A stretch of DNA of 64,000 bases from a virus. Lineage: Duplodnaviria; Caudoviricetes. Below are positions 56,355 through 64,000 of this stretch, in pieces (positions within the stretch are counted from its first letter, which is position 1; every line of letters begins with the position of its first letter). The position numbers and the translations under genes are program-made. Where the stretch lies: positions 1 through 64,000 of the IMG/VR virus record IMGVR_UViG_3300029319_000020; one strand, 5' to 3'. Under the pieces are notes generated by a model that did no database searches, was not told where the DNA came from, and saw nothing but the letters and a program-made list of their open reading frames with translations.

Positions 56355-56610
56355 TAAATTTTTTAAAAAAGTTTTTAAATCAAGAAAACTTTATTCTGAA
56401 GAAGAGGCTGAAGAAATGCAAAAGCAAATTCAAAGGCTTCAAGAGGATAACAAGCTTCGTGAAGCCCAAGTGGTTAAATTAGGAAGACTTTTGCATGATG
56501 ATCCTGTACACAAAGATAGGTATGCAAAAAGAATTAATATTCACAGTAGAATAATAAACGATAACAAAAAAATAATTCAAGAACTTGAAATGAAACTATT
56601 AGACAGTTAG
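56347..56610 (+). CDS. Hypothetical coiled-coil protein
   Basis: GGAGG SD; 87 aa. Confidence 0.55.
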   Translation: MFDKFFKKVFKSRKLYSEEEAEEMQKQIQRLQEDNKLREAQVVKLGRLLHDDPVHKDRYAKRINIHSRIINDNKKIIQELEMKLLDS

Positions 56611-56618
56611 GAGGATAA

Positions 56619-56942
56619 ATGTCAACAGAAAAAAAACGTAAAGAAGGTACTGGGCACGGTGTTGATCTACAAGACCGTCAAAAAGTAGAGCCACCAAAGA
56701 AGTACAAAGTTATCTTACACAACGATGACTATACACCAATGGACTTTGTTATCATAGTTCTAATGGATGCTTTTAACTTTAGCTTTCAAAAAGCATCAGC
56801 AATTATGATGCAGGTGCATGAACAAGGTAAAGGCATAGCAGGAGCTTATTCTAAAGAAATTGCTCTAATGAAAGTAAAAAAGTGTAATCAAATAGCCCGT
56901 CATGAAGGGCATCCTTTGATGGTCACTATGGAACAAGAATAA
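56619..56942 (+). CDS. clpS: ATP-dependent Clp protease adaptor ClpS
   Basis: YKVILHNDDYTPMDFVI, MMQVHEQGKG, KEIALMK, GHPLMVTME. Confidence 0.93.
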   Translation: MSTEKKRKEGTGHGVDLQDRQKVEPPKKYKVILHNDDYTPMDFVIIVLMDAFNFSFQKASAIMMQVHEQGKGIAGAYSKEIALMKVKKCNQIARHEGHPLMVTMEQE

Positions 56943-56970
56943 AAAAAATAATTTTTTTTATAAAAAATAC

Positions 56971-56999
56971 TTGACAAGTGTTCAAAAATATGTTATATT
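56971..56999 (+). promoter_or_regulatory. Sigma70-type promoter
   Basis: TTGACA-17-TATATT. Confidence 0.75.
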
Positions 57000-57074
57000 A
57001 TATATGGTTTGAAAAAGAACCGTCCGGGGTTTGATTTACCCCTTCACCGTACGCAAAAGTACAAGGGAGGTTTT

Positions 57075-58121
57075 ATGCCTTTAACAAATCAAAACACACA
57101 AATTTTTCAATTATCCCCTACGGGTTTTAAATCAGAACCAATTGAGAATTACGCATATGATCAAGATTTACTTGATGAGTTTAAAGTAACCATAGTTGGT
57201 ACTTTTATGGTAAGCTACTCTGATATCGACATGGATACAAGATCTGGACAAATCAGAGCTAAAGACATTGACCCAGCTCATGTTGATAGGATGAAAATGT
57301 CCATTCAGCATAGCGGTATTACAGACTGGATAATAGGTTCTATTGATCCTAAAACAAAAAAGATCAACTTGTTATCTGGACACCATAGGGTTACGGCTCT
57401 TTTAGATCTGCATTTAGATACAGAATCGCCTATATTCCCAGTTATGTTGGTTAAGCATCATTCTAAACTGTCTAAAAGACAATGGATGCGAAAGGAAAAC
57501 TTACACACAGATGTTGCTAGACCATCTTCTAAAGATGATGCTGTGCTTTTCATCAAAGAGATGAAAGACGAGTTTAATCTTTTTAAAAATTTAGACGAAG
57601 AACAAACAAAAAAGAAAGTATATGATTTATTAAACGAATACTTTCCTTTTGTTAAATCTAGTGCAAAGAAGTATGTTTACGAGCATGGTGTACTTGGTAA
57701 ACCTGTAAGCTCAGTTAAAACTATTACAAAGCAAGATCAAATCAAATTGCAAAATTCTGAATGGGGCAATGTATATGGTGCTAGTAAAACTATTGGTAAC
57801 ATTAGCTATATTACATCAGAGTATAATCCTTCTAGAAAAGGTATTATGATGCAGTGCTTGGAAAGATCAATCGCACATGAAAATGATCCTAATACTTCAG
57901 CTATGGAAATTAAGTTAATAACATGGTTTACTCCAAAGGCTTCTAATCCTACAGTAGAGCGTAAAAAAGCTTTGGAATCATACAAAAGAATGAATTTGTA
58001 TGTACTTAATGAAGATATGGGATTCATAGGTGAAGTTATCTTTCCTGAACAAGATAAAACTAAAAATCTGAATAACATTCACACCTACACATGGGATCCT
58101 GTGAAAAAAGATTTTGTGTAA
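57075..58121 (+). CDS. ParB N-terminal-domain protein
   Basis: IDPAHVDRMKMSI...INLLSGHHRVTAL; start refined after GGGAGG. Confidence 0.65.
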   Translation: MPLTNQNTQIFQLSPTGFKSEPIENYAYDQDLLDEFKVTIVGTFMVSYSDIDMDTRSGQIRAKDIDPAHVDRMKMSIQHSGITDWIIGSIDPKTKKINLLSGHHRVTALLDLHLDTESPIFPVMLVKHHSKLSKRQWMRKENLHTDVARPSSKDDAVLFIKEMKDEFNLFKNLDEEQTKKKVYDLLNEYFPFVKSSAKKYVYEHGVLGKPVSSVKTITKQDQIKLQNSEWGNVYGASKTIGNISYITSEYNPSRKGIMMQCLERSIAHENDPNTSAMEIKLITWFTPKASNPTVERKKALESYKRMNLYVLNEDMGFIGEVIFPEQDKTKNLNNIHTYTWDPVKKDFV

Positions 58122-58138
58122 AAGCAAAAAAAAATCCC

Positions 58139-58167
58139 TTGACAAACTGTCAAGGGTATGTTATATT
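58139..58167 (+). promoter_or_regulatory. Sigma70-type promoter with the -35 inside a perfect inverted repeat
   Basis: TTGACA-17-TATATT; CCCTTGACA-aac-TGTCAAGGG. Confidence 0.75.
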
Positions 58168-58201
58168 CATATTGTTCGATATAGAACAATAATAATTAAT
58201 C

Positions 58202-58768
58202 GTGCGCAATAGCACAAAGGAGTTAAACATGAAAGTAACATTAAGAGAACATTTAGATGTTCTAGATCAAAACAGTAAAGCAAGTAATGAGAACTATAGA
58301 TCTCTTGCTAGAAGACTTAAACAAAAGTTTGTTGATTGTGGTTATCCTAGATCATCACAAAACTTAGGCTTAATTCTTGAGTACATGCACATGATCTTTG
58401 AAACACAAGGTTATAGGTGTACACATTGGCTTGAAGTAAAAGGTGACGAACTAAATGGTGTCTGGAACCGACCAGGAAAAGATTATAATTCTTGGAAAAC
58501 ACCATTAGTTAAGTATGAAATTGATCATGTTCACCCTAGAAACGCTGGTGGAACTGATAGGCTTGATAATTTTCAATTTTTATCAGCAAACGCAAATCAG
58601 TTTACGAAGTGCTCTTTAACTTATGATGACTTATTTAAAAGATTAGATCTTTCTGATAAGTTAAAAGTAAGAATCGCCAAAGTGCTTTCAAAAAGAGAAC
58701 AACTGTTTAGATCAGAAAAATGGGAAAACTTTATTTTAAAGCTACAAAAATTTGAAGACAAAAAATAA
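58202..58768 (+). CDS. HNH endonuclease-like protein
   Basis: EIDHVHPRNAGGTDRLDNFQFLSANAN; likely start at the ATG at 58229 after AAGGAG. Confidence 0.8.
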   Translation: MRNSTKELNMKVTLREHLDVLDQNSKASNENYRSLARRLKQKFVDCGYPRSSQNLGLILEYMHMIFETQGYRCTHWLEVKGDELNGVWNRPGKDYNSWKTPLVKYEIDHVHPRNAGGTDRLDNFQFLSANANQFTKCSLTYDDLFKRLDLSDKLKVRIAKVLSKREQLFRSEKWENFILKLQKFEDKK

Positions 58769-58793
58769 ATCAAAAAAACCTTACCTTAAGCCC

Positions 58794-58822
58794 TTGACAA
58801 ACAAGGGCTTTTGTGTTATAAT
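58794..58822 (+). promoter_or_regulatory. Sigma70-type promoter (dnaE) overlapping a terminator-like hairpin
   Basis: TTGACA-17-TATAAT; AAGCCCTTG-acaaa-CAAGGGCTT. Confidence 0.8.
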
Positions 58823-58845
58823 ACATAAACAACAACGGAGGATAT

Positions 58846-61800
58846 ATGAATTCAATAACATTGGGAATTCAAACATCAAATCAATATGATGGGTGGATTA
58901 ACAAAGATGGTGAAAGCTTAAACTTTCCCACAGAAGATTTAAAACAAATTGGTATTTCTGAGATTAATATTTCAAAAATAACTGAACTGATCTCAAATGA
59001 AACCAGAGAGAAACATGGGTGTTTCACATTTACTATTAAAGGAAACGGTGGGCATAAAATGTCCAAAGCAGAAATAGCATATGCTAAAAAAATTCTTAAA
59101 GAAATTATTAGGTGCAATGAAAGTATAACTAGAGCTATTAGTAAAATAAAGTTTATTAATTTACATGCACATAGTGGTGTAGGTTCACCCTTTGACGGTT
59201 TTGGCTATCCACAGGAACACATGGATTTTGCATACAACAATGGTTGTGAAGGGCTTGCCTTGACTGATCATGGTAACATGAATGGCTTTGCTTATCAAGT
59301 TCTTCACGCAAAGAAGATGAAGAAACAAGGTAAAAACTTCAAGCCTATCTTTGGTGTTGAGGCTTATTTTATTCCATCAGTTTCTGAATGGAAAATTAAA
59401 CTTGAAGAACACAAAAAAGATAAAAAGAAAGCTAAGTCTATCGACGCTGATAGATCTGGTACTAATATTGAAGCAGATGGAGAGTCCAAAGGTCTTTCCA
59501 AGTCTGATATAAATAGAACAAGACATTTGGTTCTTATTGCTATGAATCAAACAGGTCTTAACAATATATTTAAAATGGTTTCTGAGTCATATCATGGAGA
59601 CTATTATTATCGTAAACCTAGAGTAGACTTTGAACTATTACGCAAGTATCATGAGGGTGTCATAGCTCTTTCTGCTTGTCTTGGTGGTGTTTATGCTGGT
59701 TGTTACTGGCAAAACCGTGAAGAAGGATCAGAAGCTGTTCTCAAGTGTATGAGAGAGATGACTGAAGAAATGCTTTTCACGTTTGGTGATCGTTGGTATC
59801 CTGAAGTTCAATGGAACGCTGTTCCTGAACAACATGAGCTAAACCAATATATCATACAGATTGCCAAAGAATACAATATGAAAATAGTCTCCACTGGTGA
59901 CTCTCACTATCCAACACCTGATGCTTGGAAAGACAGAGAACTTTACAAACGTCTTGGCTGGATTGGTAAGGGTAAACCAGAGTGGCTCGATATGAATCTT
60001 CCAACCTCAGTTCAAGAGATGGAATACGAATTGTATCCAAAGAACGGACAACAGATGTGGGAGTCTTACAAACAATATTCTGAAGAATGTGAGCAAGAAT
60101 ATGATGACGATCTTATTCGTCAGTCAATCGAAGAGTCTTACCACATTGCTATGGAACGTTGTGAGGACTTTTTGCCTGACACAACGGTAAGACTCCCCGA
60201 CTTTGTTGTTCCTGCTGGATACAATGAAGACGAGTATCTTGAAAGACTTGCTAGTAAGGGTTTGTTCTCTATTCTTCAAGAAAGAGGTCTAACGCAAAAG
60301 CAAGGAAGAGCATCGTCACCTATTTATTTATATGAGAAACGTTTGAAGCATGAGTTACAAGTAATTGCAGATCGTGGTTTTTCAAAATACTTTCTCACTA
60401 TGAAAGCAATCACGGATAAAACAAATGAAGTACAATTATCGGGACCTGGTCGTGGGTCTGCGGCTGGTTCTCTTGTTGCTTATTGTTTGGGCATTACTCA
60501 AGTTGATCCAATTAAATACGGCCTTTTATTCTCGCGTTTCCTCAGATCAGATGCGACTGATTATCCTGACATTGATTATGATGTATCCGATCCTATGGTT
60601 CTTAAGGACATTATGATTGAGGAGTGGGGTAACTCAACTGTTGTGCCTATCTCAAACTGGAACACACTACAGCTCCGTTCTCTTATCAAAGACATATCAA
60701 AGTTCTATGAGATCCCTTTTATGGAAGTTAATGCTGTTACTGGTAAGATGATGCACGAAGCCACACCGTTGGCGAAGAAGAAGCACGGTATCAAAGCAGG
60801 TGTTTACACTCCTACGTTTGATGAGGTTATTGAGTTCTCTGAATCCCTTCAGAAGTTCTTCAAGAAATATCCTCATGTCAAAGAACACGTTCAGGCTCTT
60901 CATGGGTCTTATCGTTCGTGTTCTAGGCATGCTGGCGGCGTTGTAGTTGGTGAAGACTTAGACAAGTATATGCCTCTGATATCATCCAAAGGTGTCCGAC
61001 AAACTCCTTGGTCTGAAGGACAAAACGTTCGCCAGTTAGAGCCAATGGGTTTCATTAAGTTTGATATTCTTGGACTCTCTACTCTTCGTATGATTGAAGA
61101 TTGTATCACCAAGATACTTCGTAGACATCATGGTATTGAAAGCCCAACATTTGCTGATATCAAAGAGTTTTACGATAATCATATCCATCCAGACCAGATA
61201 GATCTTAATGATCAAAATGTATATGAAAATGTATTTCACAACGGACAGTGGGTTGGAGTATTTCAGTTTACTGAGGAAGGCGTACAGAAGCTCGCAGAGA
61301 GAACTAAGCCTACATCTATTGTAGATCTCTCTGCTATCACTTCTATTTATCGTCCTGGTCCTTTATCGGCAGGTGTTGACAAAGCCTATATAAAAGCAGT
61401 ACAAGATCCAGACGAGGTTGATTATTTAAATGAAACTGTAAGAGGTATCACTGAAGAAACTTACGGCTTTCTTATTTTCCAAGAACAGATTGCTAGATTG
61501 GCTCATGAACTTGGTGATGATATAACAATGGACGAAGCAAACCTTCTCCGTAAAATCTTAACAAAGAAAGGAACAGGTAAAGGTCATGAGGTTAAAGACG
61601 CGATTCACGAAAAATTCATCAGAGGCTGTGTACAAAAGAATATTAACAAACACGCTGCCCAAGACTTGTGGCAGACCTTTGAGTACTTTTCCGGTTATGG
61701 GTTTAATAAGTCTCACGCTGTATCCTACTCTATTATTTCTTATCAATGTGCTTGGTTGTGTACCTACTACAAAGCCGAGTGGGTTGCATCATTCTTGGAC

Positions 61801-62592
61801 AAAGAACCTGAGTCTCGTAAGGAGAAGGCGATCAACCTTGCTAAACAGCATGGCTACAAAATCAAGCCTTTGAACATTAATTACTCTGAATCTACTTGGA
61901 AGATTGAAGGTGAAGATACCTTGATTGCTCCGCTTACAGGAATCAAAGGTTTTGGTGATGCTGCTTTTGAACAAGTAATACAACACAGACCTTTTGACAC
62001 TATCGATGAGTTATTGTTTCACGATGATGTAAAGTATTCTAAGTTAAACAAAAAAGCTCTTGATGTTCTTTGCAGAGCAGGTGCTTTAAATGATTTGATC
62101 GATGAACGCTTTACAGGTGATAAACACTTTTGGTCAGCAGCGATTGTGGAACGTCCAAAGAATCGTAAAAGGTTTGAGGATAATATAGAACTGTATAGAC
62201 CTGAAGGATCATTTACAGAAGATGAGAAGATTGGTTTCTTAGCAAATCTAACAGGTATCTTCCCTGTGTCTATGGTTATGTCTGATCATATAATGAATAA
62301 GTTAGATCAAAAAGGTGTTCCACCTATATCTGAATATGATCCCGACTTGATGTTTTGTTGGGGGATTGTTCGAGAAGTAACAAAGAAGAAGTCAAAGAAT
62401 GGTAAATATTTTTATACTGTCAAGCTGATTGATTCTAACTCTGTAGAAACAAAGATTAGATGTTGGGGTGTTGACCCTAATAAAGATACATTGGTTATCA
62501 ACAGACCTTATATGTTGAAACCAAAGCATTCATTAGACTGGGGCTTCTCAACCTATGGAGCACTAAACAATACTTGGGCAATCTTAATATAG
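58846..62592 (+). CDS. dnaE: DNA polymerase III alpha subunit (family C) with an N-terminal extension
   Basis: PHP motifs LHAHS and ALTDHG, GPGRGSAAGSL, catalytic PDIDYD, HAGGVV, KFDILGL, GYGFNKSHA. Confidence 0.96.
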   Translation: MNSITLGIQTSNQYDGWINKDGESLNFPTEDLKQIGISEINISKITELISNETREKHGCFTFTIKGNGGHKMSKAEIAYAKKILKEIIRCNESITRAISKIKFINLHAHSGVGSPFDGFGYPQEHMDFAYNNGCEGLALTDHGNMNGFAYQVLHAKKMKKQGKNFKPIFGVEAYFIPSVSEWKIKLEEHKKDKKKAKSIDADRSGTNIEADGESKGLSKSDINRTRHLVLIAMNQTGLNNIFKMVSESYHGDYYYRKPRVDFELLRKYHEGVIALSACLGGVYAGCYWQNREEGSEAVLKCMREMTEEMLFTFGDRWYPEVQWNAVPEQHELNQYIIQIAKEYNMKIVSTGDSHYPTPDAWKDRELYKRLGWIGKGKPEWLDMNLPTSVQEMEYELYPKNGQQMWESYKQYSEECEQEYDDDLIRQSIEESYHIAMERCEDFLPDTTVRLPDFVVPAGYNEDEYLERLASKGLFSILQERGLTQKQGRASSPIYLYEKRLKHELQVIADRGFSKYFLTMKAITDKTNEVQLSGPGRGSAAGSLVAYCLGITQVDPIKYGLLFSRFLRSDATDYPDIDYDVSDPMVLKDIMIEEWGNSTVVPISNWNTLQLRSLIKDISKFYEIPFMEVNAVTGKMMHEATPLAKKKHGIKAGVYTPTFDEVIEFSESLQKFFKKYPHVKEHVQALHGSYRSCSRHAGGVVVGEDLDKYMPLISSKGVRQTPWSEGQNVRQLEPMGFIKFDILGLSTLRMIEDCITKILRRHHGIESPTFADIKEFYDNHIHPDQIDLNDQNVYENVFHNGQWVGVFQFTEEGVQKLAERTKPTSIVDLSAITSIYRPGPLSAGVDKAYIKAVQDPDEVDYLNETVRGITEETYGFLIFQEQIARLAHELGDDITMDEANLLRKILTKKGTGKGHEVKDAIHEKFIRGCVQKNINKHAAQDLWQTFEYFSGYGFNKSHAVSYSIISYQCAWLCTYYKAEWVASFLDKEPESRKEKAINLAKQHGYKIKPLNINYSESTWKIEGEDTLIAPLTGIKGFGDAAFEQVIQHRPFDTIDELLFHDDVKYSKLNKKALDVLCRAGALNDLIDERFTGDKHFWSAAIVERPKNRKRFEDNIELYRPEGSFTEDEKIGFLANLTGIFPVSMVMSDHIMNKLDQKGVPPISEYDPDLMFCWGIVREVTKKKSKNGKYFYTVKLIDSNSVETKIRCWGVDPNKDTLVINRPYMLKPKHSLDWGFSTYGALNNTWAILI

Positions 62593-62600
62593 GAGGATAA

Positions 62601-63473
62601 ATGATTGATTTACATGTACATCTCGACGGTTCAATAAGACATAAAACTCTTGAAGAATTGTATGAGGGAGATCTTCCCGATGTTAAGTTTTATACAAATA
62701 TGGGAATACAAAAGGCTCTTGCTTCGTTTAGGACTACCCTATCTGTTATGCAAGAGTTAGACAGAATTACAAGGATAACCACAGAACTGTGCATAGATTT
62801 ATCCGAACTTGGAACAAAGAGAGCAGAGATAAGATTTGCACCTCAGTTACATTGTAATGGAGACATAGGGTCTGTTATTGATGCTGCAGTTGCTGGTCTT
62901 AAGCCAAGGTTTAATCTGATCCTTTGCGGTTTATATGGTGAACCACCTGAAATGTTAGATGAGTTGGTTAAAGCCGCTAGAAAGCGTCCTAGAGTCGTTG
63001 GAATTGATCTGGCTGGTTCGCCATTGGAAGAGCACAAATGGAGCCTTATGGACTATTCTCGTCCCTTTACGGAGGCTATGAGAGTTGGTCTTGGCAGAAC
63101 AGTTCATGCTGGAGAAGGAAGACCGTCCGAGGAGATCAAAATGGCTATTGAAAACCTTCATGCTCAAAGAATTGGACACGGCTTATCTGTTCTTGGAGAT
63201 CCTGAGTTGGTTGACTTGGTGAGAGAAAAAAAGATACACATAGAAGCTTGCCCAACCTCAAACGTCCACACAGGTTGTATTGAAAAATTTGAGTACCATC
63301 CAATGATGGATTGGTTTAAAAAAGAAATTCGTTTTTCTTTGTGTTGTGATAACGTTTTATTATCTCAAACATGGGGAAGAAAAGAATATTTCAAAGCAAG
63401 ATTAATGTGTAATATGACGTTTGAACAACAAAACCAAACACAAATTTGGGCAAAAGAAGCACTTTTTTCTTGA
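62601..63473 (+). CDS. add: Adenosine deaminase family (amidohydrolase)
   Basis: DLHVHLDGS, AEIRFAP, GIDLAG, TVHAGE, RIGHG, CPTSN, CDN. Confidence 0.88.
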   Translation: MIDLHVHLDGSIRHKTLEELYEGDLPDVKFYTNMGIQKALASFRTTLSVMQELDRITRITTELCIDLSELGTKRAEIRFAPQLHCNGDIGSVIDAAVAGLKPRFNLILCGLYGEPPEMLDELVKAARKRPRVVGIDLAGSPLEEHKWSLMDYSRPFTEAMRVGLGRTVHAGEGRPSEEIKMAIENLHAQRIGHGLSVLGDPELVDLVREKKIHIEACPTSNVHTGCIEKFEYHPMMDWFKKEIRFSLCCDNVLLSQTWGRKEYFKARLMCNMTFEQQNQTQIWAKEALFS

Positions 63474-63497
63474 CATTTTTTTAAATGTGGTTATATT
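63470..63497 (+). promoter_or_regulatory. Sigma70-type promoter (Hsp20)
   Basis: TTGACA-16-TATATT. Confidence 0.6.
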
Positions 63498-63560
63498 ATA
63501 TATGTGTCGCCTTATGGGACACAACAAAAAGTCAACTTGCTTATAAAAGGAGAAAACAAA

Positions 63561-63980
63561 ATGACTAATATTACACTAAGAGCCCCTGCGGTATTGGGCA
63601 GAACCGCATTTGATCAACTGTTTGAACAGTTCTTTCAAGACCCCCGACCTTTGGTCAAGCGAACAACGGACGGTTATCCGTTGACTGATGTTTATCGTGA
63701 TGAAAACGACAACCAAGTAATTGAAATGGCTTTGGCTGGATTTTCGAAGAAGGATCTAGAAATCAAAGTAAAAGATAATACTATTACTATTGGACACCAA
63801 TCATCAGCATCAGGTAATAGTGGTCGTCGTATTGCACGAAGATCTTTTACTAAGACCTTTGTGGATTACAACAACACACTTGACCTTGCCAAATCCAAAG
63901 CAAATTTTGAGAACGGTCTTCTTGTAATTACAATCCCACAACTTGAGGATAAAAAAGCATTGTCAATCGAAATTAAATAA
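63561..63980 (+). CDS. Small heat shock protein Hsp20 (IbpA-like)
   Basis: YPLTDV, IEMALAGF, IARRSFTKTF, ANFENGLLVI.IP; start refined after AAGGAG. Confidence 0.92.
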   Translation: MTNITLRAPAVLGRTAFDQLFEQFFQDPRPLVKRTTDGYPLTDVYRDENDNQVIEMALAGFSKKDLEIKVKDNTITIGHQSSASGNSGRRIARRSFTKTFVDYNNTLDLAKSKANFENGLLVITIPQLEDKKALSIEIK

Positions 63981-64000
63981 AATAAATTATTTATTTTTTT

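Noticed and set aside
38955-62592. Inteins or group I introns in recA, helicase, nrdJ, thyX or dnaE
   Set aside because: The ORFs are uninterrupted and of ordinary length, with no C/S...HN intein ends or LAGLIDADG blocks visible.
51281-63560. Upstream start codons given by the ORF track for several genes (51281, 52769, 55359, 57009, 63504; also 1813, 40229, 43109)
   Set aside because: They overlap promoters or upstream genes. Downstream ATGs, most with clear SDs, fit the protein families better.
55416-63980. Interpretation as a bacterial chromosome or prophage because of dnaE, clpS, add and rpsU
   Set aside because: These genes sit in a gene-dense, single-strand layout with T4-like capsid, tail, SSB and helicase genes. 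No integrase or bacterial housekeeping operons are present.
1-64000. Minus-strand ORFs and short alternative-frame plus-strand ORFs in the ORF track (e.g. 12802..13332, 14597..15013, 25313..25630, 35276..35695)
   Set aside because: They lie antisense to or inside well-supported genes, have shadow-like composition (Ser-rich mirrors of acidic proteins) and lack SDs.
1-64000. Alternative genetic code (stop-codon reassignment)
   Set aside because: Core genes are full length in the standard code, and TAA, TAG and TGA all end genes at sensible positions.
1-64000. CRISPR array, tRNA or rRNA genes
   Set aside because: I saw no regularly spaced direct repeats or cloverleaf-compatible sequences in the intergenic regions. 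A tRNAscan/Aragorn run would be the definitive check.

Overview
This is a 64 kb piece of a large, AT-rich, T4-like (contractile-tailed) bacteriophage genome, and every credible gene lies on the + strand. Positions 1 to about 34 kb are the morphogenesis module: probable portal C-terminus, gp21-like prohead protease, phage ribosomal protein bS21, large fibre/spike proteins, scaffold, gp23-like major capsid, neck proteins, sheath, two tube paralogs, tail chaperones, tape measure and baseplate. Positions 34 to 64 kb hold replication, nucleotide metabolism and host takeover genes: miniature family-A polymerase, two GIY-YIG endonucleases, divergent tubulin/FtsZ-like protein, gp32-like SSB, RecA/UvsX, 5' nuclease, DnaB-like helicase, class II RNR, ThyX, UvsE, DnaE, adenosine deaminase, and GroES-like, J-domain, ClpS and Hsp20 proteins. 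Two promoter classes appear to divide the window: 12 near-consensus sigma70 promoters on the right, and an ACTAWTTA motif before structural genes. The most interesting signals are: (i) scattered unknown genes that share an N-terminal MK(L/I)T..L..(L/I)I.EE leader and mostly sit behind the putative late motif, a candidate capsid-cargo system with constant-N/variable-C paralogs; (ii) a likely programmed frameshift on a T7 run in the tail chaperone genes; (iii) a pseudoknotted leader RNA after the capsid gene and three hairpins with a covarying tandem U-U loop; (iv) a cupredoxin-like domain inserted into one copy of an internal repeat of the 1555-aa virion protein; (v) an unannotated 17-aa, 8-Cys microprotein; (vi) a degenerate Rossmann-fold/nucleotidyltransferase gene pair. 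All product calls come from motif recognition and synteny, not database searches.
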